Below, one piece after another: positions 22,296 to 35,406 of a stretch of 61,282 nt of DNA. Both the position numbers and the translations under genes were made by a program. The DNA is from Catajapyx aquilonaris (taxonomy: Eukaryota). The first letter of the stretch is position 1. Each line of letters starts with the position of its first letter. The DNA lies in NCBI GenBank assembly GCA_000934665.2, contig KZ538566.1:1-61282 (forward strand), in the 5' to 3' direction. The notes beneath the pieces are model-generated. The model saw nothing but the letters and a program-made list of their open reading frames with translations, did no database searches and was not told where the DNA came from.

Positions 22296-25200
22296 GTACG
22301 TTCTGATTTTGCCGCTTTTTTCAACACTTTTTGCGCCAAGGAAGTGCACAAGATGGCCCCCATCCAGAGGGGTAGAGGGGGGGCAGAGGCAAGCTCGAGC
22401 TAGGCAAGGCAGCCCCCTCCGATCCACAATTTTTTTTTGTGTGGCACCAACTCCATCCGATCCATCCCGTGGGAAATGTGCACCTTGGACATAGCCCCAG
22501 GACGAATAGGTGAAATAGTCGTAACAGGGCCACCCGAAGCGTGAATGAATGAAACGGGTTGTTTTGCAACACGAGCTTGCCTCGGAGGTAAACATTCACT
22601 GGAGATGTACTCTGGGTACATGTACAGGTTGATGCCAGATGAAGACCCCCACCAATAATTTAACACGTATTCGGAATTCTGAGGGTGGTGAAATATTCAA
22701 AGGAGGGTGTGACAGCAAATTACCTGCCTGTAATTGTGGCTGTCATAGAGATAGTTACGGTAAGGTTTCAGGGAAACAGGTTGGAGAGCACAAAGGCGGC
22801 TCGGAGGCACCATTTTGCTGACAGAAGGCGATATTTGTTACACAAAGCTTGAAGGAGTACTGTAGGCAGAGCTGATTAGTGAGAGGGTGCACTGTACAAC
22901 AATCGCCTAATTGTGCGTTACACTCAGGTGGTGGTCTAGTGCTTGCCCGGAGTTAATCTGGCCTGCGTTTACTGTGGTGTTGTTACGCGCAGGTTTGCTG
23001 AGAAGAAATGGGCAGATTGTAAACATTAATTTTGAATTACCGACGCATATAACGGTGAAAAAACGGTGAAACATTTAGCTCCATGCATACTGTATATTGA
23101 GAGGGTATACTGTACGGCTTGTCGTACACCCCCCCCCCCCCTCCCCCCTTCACAAGTATCTTGCCGTGACTTGGCGAATTGTGTGCAAGGTGAAAAGCCT
23201 GCCCCGAGATTGTTTACTTAACGCCGCAACTTTTTTCATCTGCTATTGAATATGCTGTTTGATTGGCAGGTTTGAGTTTCATGATGCAGTATTGTTGCTG
23301 GTCTGAGGTTATGTTGACTGCCGATCACCGGAACTCTTTTTTTTTGCGCGCATTGTGAGCAGGTTTTAGTAAGCTTGTCTCGATTGCTTAGGCACAATAG
23401 TGCGGCGCTATACGTGGGCGGAATACACTGCTGCACATGGTTGTCAAAGAGCCACACTTGCGTGAAAGTGTAGGTTTTTTGGGGTGAGGAAAAAGGTGAT
23501 GCGCGACTCTGAATGCAATTGTTGGAGCAATTGTGCATGGCCCTTTGATTAATTGCATGTAGTATTATTGGTGTCTCGCTACGTGCAACATGCTATGTAA
23601 TTTGCACATGTGTGTACGAAACAATGGATGTAATTGGGTTTATTAATGATGGTTAATAATAATTCGATATAGGTACGAGCTACATATGTGCTACATATTG
23701 CGTAGTTACACATAACTACACCTGTACCAGATCGAAAGCCTCCAGCCATATACTCCTAAAGGTGTTTAACATATCAGCTTGCGTCCAACGACAGAAAAAT
23801 TGCCGTAATTGCCGCAAATAGCAACAAAATGGGCAACTAAAGTGACCCGCTGTTTCCGGCAGGTGCATCACATCCTGAGTTACACCCGAGCGCCAACTCA
23901 TTTTGCGTATCCTACTTGCTCTAAACGTTGACAATGATATGTGGTGTGCAAAAGTACGAAGTAACTTACCTTATCGTGCCAAACGCGCATTAATCTCGCC
24001 GCCTTAGGACGTATTGTGTTTCAAGTGCGGCAGTTACGGCGGAATAATACGCGATATTTTATGCAGAGCAGAATAAGCGCGTGTCGGGCGTAGTGTTTAG
24101 GAATGGGTTAAAAAGTTCCCCATCTCCGACCACATGCAGGTGGTACATTTAAATTACTATTTGTTGTGGTGGGCTCATAATTGGAGGCAATTATAGCATG
24201 GTTTGATGCGTGGGCATGTAACACCCGTACAGTACTTGCAGAATATTGTCACACCCACCGCATAATGGTACAGTGCGCGTGACAAGTGACATGCACTGTA
24301 TAGGTGGCCAGTATAAGGATATCCTTGATAGTCCAGGGCAAATTGATGCCGGGGGTTTCCCCGTGAGCTGGACTTTTCCGCGGGCCAATCGGCAATGGCC
24401 AATTGAATGGAGGCGGAAAAGCTGGTTCCATTCCCATTGTGGTTGATAAGGGATCGCGAGATCTGTTAGCAACGAGTTATGGTTGCTTCCGAAGGGCCTT
24501 CGACATGACCTCCCTTTGACCATCTCGCAGGTTTCCCTGTGATGTATCGGCGTGAAAACGGAAAAACATAACCCCACACATCTGGCTTGTAATCAAACCG
24601 AAACAGCACTGGACATAGATATGCAGATAGGCTGAGAAATTATGACCCTTTGTGTGTAACACGCGTATACATGTACGACTGGTAAAAACCTGCCCATCTT
24701 CCGCCCGTAATTATTTCTTATGATAATGTGAAGGCTGTGCATAATGCAAGTACCGACCGCGTCAAATTAATTTTCACATCTGCCACAAGACACACCGAAT
24801 TCTCCGGCCAGTGATGATAATTCGCGATAGCGACAACGATAACTAGTCATAAACACCGAATGGCATATCTACCATCGTATGTGGGTACCTGGATGACAGC
24901 AGTTTCGTGGACTGGACTGGTTTAGTCAGGGTCTCCTGACCATCGAGTTTAATTCATACATACAACGGTGGTATGTGCACCAAACGACGTCGCAAATCGG
25001 TGACAGGTATCTAGAGTGTGCGCTTTTGAGGAAGGGTATGGCGTGATAATAACAAATTGATTGGACGCTCGGGAGTGCAAGGTTTCCGCACCTGTCCTTG
25101 CTTCATGCAAATCACCCATTAATTTCTGATGATTTGATAGCGCAACGCATTCATATTATGCTCATATTGCGTAACAAATTGCCGCCGGCGTTATATTTTC

Positions 25201-28200
25201 GCCGCCGCCATAATTCATGCTCAGCAACTCGGAATAATTTAGTAAAGTTGCATCGCGATGAATCAAAAGAGAAATATTAGGCGGTCCTTGTGTGTATATA
25301 ATGCATGCATATAAAGGAGCCGGAATCTTGTTGGGGTTCCGGGGGACCTCTCCTAGGGTTGGCACTACGACGCACTTTGGCACATGGAAAGGGTCCATGA
25401 TTTTTCACTACGGTACTCCCACTCTCCACGGGTGAGTAACCCCTCAAGCCCCCCCTCCGGTCCCCCCCAAAAACCAATATCGCGCCAGAAGTGCTTTTGG
25501 AGGAAGCATGCAGAGCGGCCCCCTGGTTGAAAAAGCCTGGTATAACAGGGCCGATTATCATGTAGCCAGGGTAGTGTGGAGCGTAATATTCCTCATTCCG
25601 ACTCGGGGGTAAAAGGGGCCGAGTATGTGGGGATTAACTTGTGGACAGCGGTCCGGTGCCAATCAGGGATAAGAGGACAACATACAAGATTCGGGTCATG
25701 TAGTTATTCATATATCCAAATAATTTGCTTGAGAAGAACTGGTGAAAAGTGATACTGACTCTGTAGGTAAAGAACAACAATTCCCTTCCACTGAATCGCT
25801 CATCTGGTATTTACGAGCAATTTTTTTTTTGTTTACGGCAAGCTGAAGTGTAATTAAGCCGTAAAAAATTGCTATAACGAGGGAGTCAAGTGCGAATGCC
25901 ATGCACTAGTCTGCTTAAGAGTGCTGGTGCACAGGGGCCATTTCGAGTCACAAATAGAGTTAGTGCTCTTTGTTGAGACAAGTTTTCTGCCGAGATGTTT
26001 GGCTGATGTGCTCTTTTTTTCCGGGTGCAGGAAGTGTAAGTACAGGTCAAGCATGTGTACAGTTCTAGGCGCCAATGAGTCAGATTGTATTGTGTAAATG
26101 TGTACGGCATTTTTTTGAGCTTAAAAAAAAGCTGATTTGACTTCGGGCCACGATATCTTTCAAAAATCCGGCCGGATTAGTTATTGTTACTGGCTCGCAG
26201 TTATTCTAATCAAACTGGGCGCCGATGCTACATTCAGATAGGTTTGGGGAATGAAAAGGGCAAAATCATTCCGTAAACATGCAACGCCCGTTAATCACGA
26301 CTTTTATTGTGGTTGGACCGGCATTTTTTGGGCGGCCAGTAGTTTTTTACTTTCCACGCTCCTCCATCTAAACTGGGTTAGAAGAAAAAAAAAACGGGAA
26401 ATTTTGGGGGGAAATTCTTTTCTGTCATATCGCGCGGACAATAAATCTAGACCCAAACTGCTTCCAACTGCGCATATCAAATTAACATTTGTATAAAGGC
26501 TTCCGTGTTGGTTTTCCAGGCCGGATCGGGTGCGAATTCAAAGGGATTATGATAGACATTGCTGATTAGTTGGCTAAAGCAGGTCTCATTGGGCCATAAT
26601 AGCCAGGCTGATTTATATTGCGGAGTGTGGACGAAAAAAGTATAGTGGAATCCGGAATAATCCAGGGGTGGGATTTATTTATATATGAATTGGGTCCGGT
26701 TGTGAAATTTCTAGGAATAGTTCAGGGTTGCCGATCGGTGGGGGCGTGATTTAGTGTTGGCGCACAGAACATACATCGAGTGAGCTGGGGACCCCCGAGA
26801 AACAATAAGAGCTGTGCCCAACCCTCATTTGTAAAGTGAAGTATTGCGTGCGTGGGCCGGGTAGGAAATTCCTGCCCTAAAAGCCTGATTGCCGGTCCTC
26901 CGGAAAAGCCCGGTCCCTTCTCAAATTGAAGAAATTCATCATTTGATATACGAGATAGGTTGTGTTGGTGCGCACGAAAACGGGCCAGGAAATGGATGAA
27001 GATTGCGCCCGTTATCAAGGGACTCTGATCGTAGTTCGATTGGAAGGAAGGGGGTTTGGGGAGGATCAGACTGGGAGGGAATTTGACGACTAGATAGACC
27101 TCAGGGACATGATGGGTTTTAAAGGAGGGGGTTCAAAGTGGACATGTTTGGGGGGGTGTCCGGGATCGTATAATTGCAAACGATCCCCAATAAACACCCG
27201 GACCTCAAAAAAAATATGGGACGTCCGATGTCGTTATTGGGCATAATTCCACTAGTCGATGGCCGTGTTGAGTATGCCTTAAAAATGGCGATAGAATCCA
27301 CAGATGACCTTTGACGGCCAACTAATCGTCGGCTTATCGGCAAGGGCCGGCCAGGGAATTTGCTGGGGGGATATAGCCTCCGTGGAATTATGGGAGAGGA
27401 TTTTCGGCGTCAGGTATCAGGCATAAAATAATGGGAGCCGTGCCCTAGCAGGACCATTTTTTGACCTGTCATCGTGGCCCCCGACCGGAGGGGCCACTTT
27501 GTTCACTTCATACATGATGGCAAGGCGGTTCGTGCACCGCCCTGTTATTAATTAAGCTGCTGGAAAGCCCGTAGCTGCTTATTTGAGATAACTGGGAGAA
27601 GGGTGCTACTTTTGGTGGAGGATGTACTTATACATTTTAAAGAGCGCCAAAGTGCATTTTAGTCTCTTGTGCACAAATGAGGAGAGAGGGTTAGAAATGG
27701 TCACAGGCTATGCCGTATATAAAGTCGTAGCAAACTCGTTGCGACACACCGTGACCCTGTTAACGTGTAAACGTGTTGCAGCGTTCGTGACCTTATCCCC
27801 GATGCAAGAGAATGGGTGACCGCAACAGGCTAGGCAACCTGACTCCCGTGTTTTCTAAACTCACGGGACACTTGTTTTGCACAACATCCTACACGGTTGA
27901 TACGTAATGTAACGTTTGGATTTCAATAGTTTCAAGGTTGATATCATTTTGTGTGGGGCGGTAAGCCTTCAAAGAAAATGGAGGAAGCTTAATTTTGTAA
28001 CCTGGGCTCTTTTTAGTCTCGCCGTAAAGCTTATTGAATGGGAACCTACAGTCATTGTCGTTTACTGTTGCATGTTTATGGATCTACCAGAAACCCTACT
28101 ACTAATTGTGTTTTGTTCCGGTGCATGGTTTTTAGCCCTTTTTATGTAGCATAGTATAAGCAGAATAAGGGAAACCTGCTGAGTGCAGAAAATATTTTCG

Positions 28201-28206
28201 GAACTA

Positions 28207-28572
28207 GGGGGGCGAAGTGGCGCTGCAGTAACGCACGCTCCCACGGATGTTAAGGTCCCGGGTTCGATCCCAGCCCGGGGACACCCCCTTCATATCGTGC
28301 AGGGTTTAGGCCATCTCTGGCTTCCTCTCGGGTGGGACTCCTTAGAGTGCTTAGACTAACTACCTGAGGGAGTTCACAAAATGACCTCACCCACGACATT
28401 GCACTGCACTTTGCACATCCCCGCCTGTCATCCTGCCCGTGGGCCCTGGCGCTTCGTCAAAGGTTCCAGTTGTGTACAAGACTACAAGTTGTACAGTAAA
28501 TAAATAAAGGTCCGTGCAATACCCCAAGAGGGGTCCAAACACCACCCGGATTATTATTATATATTATATTAT
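28207..28572 (+). mobile_element. tRNA-derived SINE, apparently full length
   Basis: 5' GGGGGGCG start, A-box-like TGGCGCTGCAGTAA, B-box GGTTCGATCCC (28261-28271) and an (ATT)n-type tail. Flanked by a 14-bp direct repeat TATTTTCGGAACTA (28193-28206 and 28573-28586), read as the target-site duplication. Confidence 0.88.
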
Positions 28573-31500
28573 TATTTTCGGAACTAAGATTTTGCACATA
28601 CGAGTTTGTTGTTACACTGTTCCAGCCGCCTGCACGTGTAGACTATTGATCCCAATATTTCACCGGAATTTTTAATGCAATTAGCATCTTGCATGTATTA
28701 ATTTACTGTTCAATGCTTATTAATGTCGTTTATGCAGTCTGGCCAATTTTTGTGGAAGAGGTATTCTTTGAGTCGAAAACTTGGGGAAGGTGGAAAGAAG
28801 GCTTGATGAGTTGACTTAATGGAGCTTGACGCACAAAGTGGAGTCCATCTTGGTTGATGGTTGTAATTAAATGGTAGGAAGGCGAGTGGCGGCGCTGAAA
28901 TCGACATTCGTCATGCAAATCAATGAGGAGGAAGAGACAATGACGTTCTTTCCTCCCACTCCGCCCCCCCCCCCCACTCTTCTGGTGGNTTCTGGTGGGG
29001 TCCCTCCCGCCCTTCTTTTTGTTTCCCTGTGGGGGTAAGATGGAGGTTGTCGTAGTTGGCATTCCCGTCGAGTTTATCGGCGTTAAAATGTCGTTTACGC
29101 GAGGCCTGAATATCAAAAGCTGGCGAATATCTTCCATTAAGTTTTATTTCGTGTAGCGAAGGGATAGGGAGGTAGAAGGGGGCCTTCATGAGCACAGCTG
29201 GGATTACCGCAGTGCAGGGTTGGAACAAAAATATATTACGGCAGTATTTGGGAGCCTGATTTTCTTTTTCTTCCACGGGAATCGTTTTGTTGTTGTTGAG
29301 TCCGGAGGATTCTTGGGAAATTTTGAACTGGAGTAGCAGGTGGTGGCCAGAAGAAATGGGGATGTGGGTGAGGCGGGGGAGAAGACATTCAAATAGTGAT
29401 CAATCGATTTCCTTTACCTGCAAGACCATCCGGATTTGATGGACGGTCGAGGTTTCTAGAGAAGGGGCACTTTTTGCTTCCTTGGGTGCAATCACTTTGC
29501 CGGGAAATTCTCTTTGACGTTTGTGTTTTCGAGGAAGATCGTCCCCGTCGTCATAGAGACACCTTTTGGCTCCGTTGCGTCTTTCATTCTGCTCTTATTA
29601 GAACCGATTATCTCAATAGAAAATGGGTGTTTTTTCACATTCAATACTTTGAATACTCCCTTTGTCTGCGATTTCTAAATATATACTTCAACAGTTTCCG
29701 GAGTTTGAATACCGTGCATATATGAAAGGCAGTATCAGTCTGCACCGTCACAACAAGATAGTCGTTGTAGGGTTTCATGGAAAGGCGAGACATGGGCGAG
29801 ACTGTAACGCTCTTATTGAGTTTTGCATGGGATTGGATTCCTTTCTTCAGCCGAATTGTAATGCATCAGATATGCCAGATAGTATACCTACCTTTACCCC
29901 TTTCTTAATCCGGATAGCAACAGTGATTCGAATTGACAAAATGGAATGCAAGTATAGGGTAGTGATACAGGAATTTCTTTATATAGACTCGAATGCTTGG
30001 CGTGCAATAGCGATTGTGCGCACTTGCGCAAAAATTCGTAGATTACGATGACGCCTTGGGATTGTTTGGACATGCAGTACTTTACGCGTCGTTGCCGCGC
30101 CAGCGCTCTGAATGACGCTGACAAACTTGACGCGAAATTATCCGCGGAATACGACGGGAGCCAAAATGGCTTGTAAGTTCCCCTAAAACCAGTTTGATCG
30201 GCTGCTGTCATTCCGAGGGGCGACGCGACGGGTCCCCTCCATACTTTTTTTCCCCCCAAAAAATTGGGAGGTTGCGCCCCTGTTAGAAAATAAAACCGGG
30301 CAGCATTATTTGCTCACGTCAGTCAACTTCCGTCCACTGCAATGCGGAGGCCATGTCCAAGTACATTCATCAAAGGGGGTGGTTGCTGCTGACGTCCCAA
30401 CTGCTGTTTGCTACCACCCCCCCTCAAAAAATCCGCAGGATTAGCACTTCAATGTGATGCTGTGTTGCTTTTTGTCATTTGGTTTGATGTGATTGAAGCG
30501 CCATTTTGTATATAGGGAACTGGTGGTGTCACCATGTTGGCAGCTTGAGGTGACATGTTGCCTACATTCGGCTGAATCTCATATGGCTCCGTATGTTTTA
30601 AAACCACACGTGAAGATCATTAAGAAGTCTGATGAATTCCTGGGCTTTTTTGTGCAACCTTCCACATCCCCCTTGACGTCATTGACCCCTCTCCGCCCTA
30701 ATGAAACAAAAACCAACAGAGGGGTATTTTCCTGCCCCCCCCCCTCCCCGGGGGGGCCGAAAGGTCAGCGGAAACTTCCACTCCCCAGCATCTTCCGCAT
30801 ATCTTTCCATGTTTTCCTTCATCTCAAGGGATGTTTTTTATGTGTGCGTACCTTTGCTCAGTTTTGGGGTGCACAACTGCACATTTGGGTGGGCTATATT
30901 TTAAAATGCATCAAATATGCAGTGTATGATATGCACGGTCGGGTGGGTGAACGTATTTTCCGAGTGCCGAAAAAAAAGAGCAATGTACTTGTCCATTATT
31001 GCGACATAAGTGCGCAGTACAGTTTGTAAACAAGTTTGGGGCCACGCGCCGTGATTGCTTGTACGGCCCCGAAGTTACGACCAGGGGACCATGCGACCAG
31101 AGTAAAAATCAATGGGTAGGTTTTGCAAGGCTTGCGTGCACTTGTATCTAGCGTGGCATCGACTCATACTACCCTTTACTCATATTACCATCCACCCAAC
31201 CTCCCCCTTCTCTAGAGCAACCCCCCCTTCATTGTTTCTGCAATTTTGTCATGCACATGGTCAGGTCTATGAGCCTCCCCCCTACCCCTCTTTCTTTCCA
31301 CACACAAGTTTCCAGGGCCTGCGTATATATAGTACTCACTCACCGTCGGCCAGAACGTAAACATGGAGGCCAAAAGCCTGAATGGTGGCCTACAGTACCC
31401 TGGCGCTGATCGATAATCCGATTCATGCATCGTGCTTAAACGCGGCTCCGGACTAACCAAAATCCTATGGGCCAACCTCCGTTTTTTGGCCACTCCAGCA

Positions 31501-34500
31501 GGACCGTTCATCACCCCCTTTTTTATTGTAGAGAAGTTCTTTTTGTAATTTATGGATGGTTAGTCGTTTTGCTAGTTGGTGCTGTACTTTTTTGGTGATG
31601 TGAGAAAATTAGTAGGTGGACAGTGTCGATCTGATGGAGAAGTTGGGGGTCGTTCTCACGGGGATCGGTCACCATTAGTCACCAGGTGGGCCTCGTTCCT
31701 ACCTTTTATGTTGCTTAGCAGGAAGGAGGAAAGAATAGGATGGAGATTGATCCGATGGGGGTGTGTGTAAGAGAGAAATTGATTGAAAATATGTATAGAG
31801 AGGGTAATGTTGTACTATAGTTCGTTATGCCTGCTTGTTGCTGGTGCTATTCACGGGCGTGGGGGGATTTTTAGAGCGTAGACCAAATTATGGGGTGGTG
31901 ATTTCCAGGGCGTTATTTGGATTAAGGGGGATTTATTTGCCAATTGGATTAATCCATCAAGTAAAAGTGACCATTGTTTAGTCGAAATTTCTGCATTTTC
32001 ATTTTGATTAAGGGCCTGAGATGGGAGCTTCAATGGAGCTTAACTGTTGTGTATGGTTTTTACATGCAGCAGAATGCAGCAGGATATGCCTGGCGTGAGC
32101 AATTCGTTAGTTCCGGCAGCACGCCAATTCAAACCTCTTTTCAGTTCTTTTGGACACCCTGCACATGGTTCTCTGCGCAGTAGAGAACAAATTAAATGTG
32201 GTCAGACCGATCACATCACAATTCCCTCGTGGCTTTCCTGTATTGTAGCCGTGTTTCTCAGCAATTGGAAACCGCCATGTTAATCAAAAGACACGAAGAA
32301 GGAGGCCAAACAGTATGTTGAAGTCAGCTCTTGCTGTGCATTCTTGAAACAACTGATTAGGAGTGATTAGGAGCAGAACTGTGCCTCACAAGTTGTACTT
32401 ACGTACTCAAATTAATGCGACATAACTACAGTTTGAACCGTATCTGTTTCAGGCTATTGTACTTGTCACATTTTGCGACTGAAATGCGAATTAGTTTGAG
32501 ACCAACGCAACAGTGTGACTGAAGCGACGGTTCACGTGTCACTTTCTGAAAAACAAATGCTTGTTTTATTCCAAGTAAGTCGGGCGAGGTGATGCGTATT
32601 GTTATATTGTCTTTTTTTTTGCTGGCCTTATTCGGCTCTTTGTTAAGTGGGGTGATTCTCATGCGAACTAATGAGCGTGAAGTAATTGTTAAAGGAGAAG
32701 CATTTTAGCAATATCTGGGCTAATGAGCACGCATTTCGGATGTAACGTCCTCGCTTGGTATGCCTCCAAAGTGCGTCTCACACTGCAGTTATATTACAAA
32801 TGGGTCCATTATTATTATATCAGCTTTACACGATGAGACTGCTTGTATACAGCACACGCAGTCATTGTTGCTCGGTTACACATCTTCTGGATATAGCAAT
32901 CCGAATGTTGATGTCGACATTTTCGTATTCTATTATTAATGTACACTCGAAATACATATTGTTTTATTATTTTAAATACTCCATTTGATATAGCGTGATT
33001 TTGGGTGGTTTCGATTTTTCATTCAATTTAACTATTAAATTTTTTACTCTAATTGATGTGAAGACTGCTTCAAGAATTTATAGATTATACATCATTTGGT
33101 GTAGGAAATCTTCGCTTAAGTCGATGAGATGTGGCGAAAGAGTGAAAAACATTGAAATTTAGTATAAAAAACTACTCAAACTATAGTTTCGAATAAACTG
33201 ATCCGGAAATGAGTTACCATAATTATATTGCGTGATCGGTTTCCCCTAAAGGAACTGTAGTTGCTAATGCGCTTTGAAGTACAGGCATGACATTTTGTTC
33301 CCTAGAATTTTTGTTTCGGCAGTTGGCTTGTTTGGACATGGCGGTTTGTCGTTTTTGACGCTTCTGTCCGCACGCATCGCTCGCGACATTATTTCGTAGC
33401 AACAGTGTATAATACCACTAAAGTTGATTGCAAAATCCGCAATTCGCGTCGGGGTTTTTTTTAAAAAAAACTATGTGTGGAAACCGTGTGGAAGCCTATA
33501 TACTCCAGCGCATATCAGCGAGTAAGCTGTTTCAAGGGTTGATCTGCAGTGTTAGCTCAGTGTCGATAAAACATGCTAGACTTTTCAAGTGCCTCTGAAG
33601 CTCCTTGTTGCCGGGATTTAACGATCCGGTATAGACGCAAGAGAAGTAGTTGATCCATTGGGTTGGAAAAAATACATACAAAAGTACACCGGATCTGACG
33701 TCACACATGATACGGATTGATTAGAGACGCTTATCGTGTGGTCGTAAGCGTCCACGAAATGACAAACCCCATTCCGGTCACACCTATAGTATAGTAGGAA
33801 AGCCATTTTGAAGAGGGGACCCAGTGCCTTGAAATCTGGCGGCTCTAGTAGCAACCTGTAATTACACTTCCTGGCCATTTCCGGTTAATGCCCGTTTAAA
33901 CCAAACTGGCGCCCCGCAGATTCATTTGGGCTGACCATTACTATTGTTTCGGGCGGGGAGGGAAATTAATACGCCGGAGAGCTTAGGAGCTACGGGCTCC
34001 AAATGAGTGCATCTCCCAAGTGTAGCCTGAGAGATTCAGACTTGTTGCTCTCCGGGGGGAAAATTTCACAACCAGAAGGGTAATGCGGTGGAAAATGGCA
34101 CTTTGTTCCCCAGCAGAGGCGCACTTACACACCAGGAATGGCATCCATTTCAACCTACTGTCCCCCTCTCTTTTTTTTTTTAAACCTCCGGTTCCTACCC
34201 ATCCTTCCCTGCTTGTGGACGGGATATTGTCCTCATTCGATTGGAGCTGCCTGCACTTACATTAGGGATGGTGTATAGCCCTGTTGGTGTCGTTAGCGGC
34301 AGGGTGTTGCAGAAGCTTGTGAAAGACTTCACCTGAATTATTACATGCTTGATTAAGGCAGGGAAATCTGCTTATTGTGCTCAATTGCATTTGCTCTAGC
34401 TGCTGTAGTGATCCGTTGGGCAAGATGGCGGCCCTGGCCCCGTAATTACGGTGATAGCCGTTTTCCGAGAATTGTAGGCATCACGCAGCTGGATTCCTCC

Positions 34501-35330
34501 CACCCTGTGCCTATTATTATTGTGCTATATTTTCTCGGTTGGTGTGAGAGCCCTAGTGTGTAACGGAGAGTAGCAGCTGTTAATCCCGGCGCACCGGAAA
34601 TTGGGTCCATGGAACTCTGCTCCACTTGCCCCCATGGCCCACCAAAGATGGCAGAAAGTAAAAAGGAGCATATAGGCCGATATAAAAGAGTGCGTCTGAT
34701 GGACGTTTCAGGACTGAAAAGAAAATTGATTGCCGACTTTTAGAAGAGGGTTACTTACGGAACAATGAACGGAGATGTAGTTTTGTTAACGGAGATGTGT
34801 ATCTTCAGTAGTTATAAGCAGTGTTTGTACCCATGGTTTGACAATGCGTCCTGCTNGGGGGGGGGACCTGAAAATGGGAAGATCCCGCAAGCTGCCATGG
34901 AGCCAAGCAAATTATCACCGCCTGTCTTTGTTCTGCGGTGCTGATCAGTGAAATCATCCCTCTTTTGTCTCCCATCCGTTCCTGCCAAGCCCCGTCCTCC
35001 TTCCATCATGATTGGACTCGGAGCTGGATTTTCAGGGTGTGCACACCCAGAAACATTAGCCATGTCAATTTATGCATTGAACAATTTCCTCTACTTATTG
35101 TTATGCTTACCGCATGATCTGTATTGTGGAAGAAGAAGAAGAAGCAGCCTCTCTTGACTGCTGCCATCTTAACAGTTTGCTCTCTCGTTTTCCAGAAGTG
35201 GTCCAAAGTGCCCCAGCGAAGAAGAGTACACAAAGAGACAAAGACTGTGGAAGGACCTTAGAATTGAGTGACCCGGGGCGTAGTGGCCGCGTCCTCGAGT
35301 CACTCCTTCCCCCCTCACCCCCTCACAAAA

Positions 35331-35406
35331 ATGGCTACGATTTCCTCTGTAATTGTGTGCTTCTTGAGTGCATCCCTCTGGCTGATGACGTCTGCTTCCA
35401 ACTCTG
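35331..35406 (+). CDS. First coding exon (signal peptide) of an unidentified secreted or membrane protein; the gene continues downstream
   Basis: Exon 35196-35406 with acceptor ctctctcgttttccag and an in-frame TGA upstream (35265). Start context is CAAAAATGG. It encodes hydrophobic MATISSVIVCFLSASLWLMTSASNS and ends at a consensus phase-1 donor CTG|GTGAGT. Confidence 0.65.

Noticed and set aside
28207..28285. Possible tRNA gene
   Set aside because: It continues into a SINE body with tail and TSD, so it is a SINE head rather than a tRNA gene.
33548..33630. tRNA-like A-box TAGCTCAGTG; similarly a lone TTCGATCCC near 45986
   Set aside because: The partner box is degenerate and there is no cloverleaf or TSD. 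At most old SINE debris.
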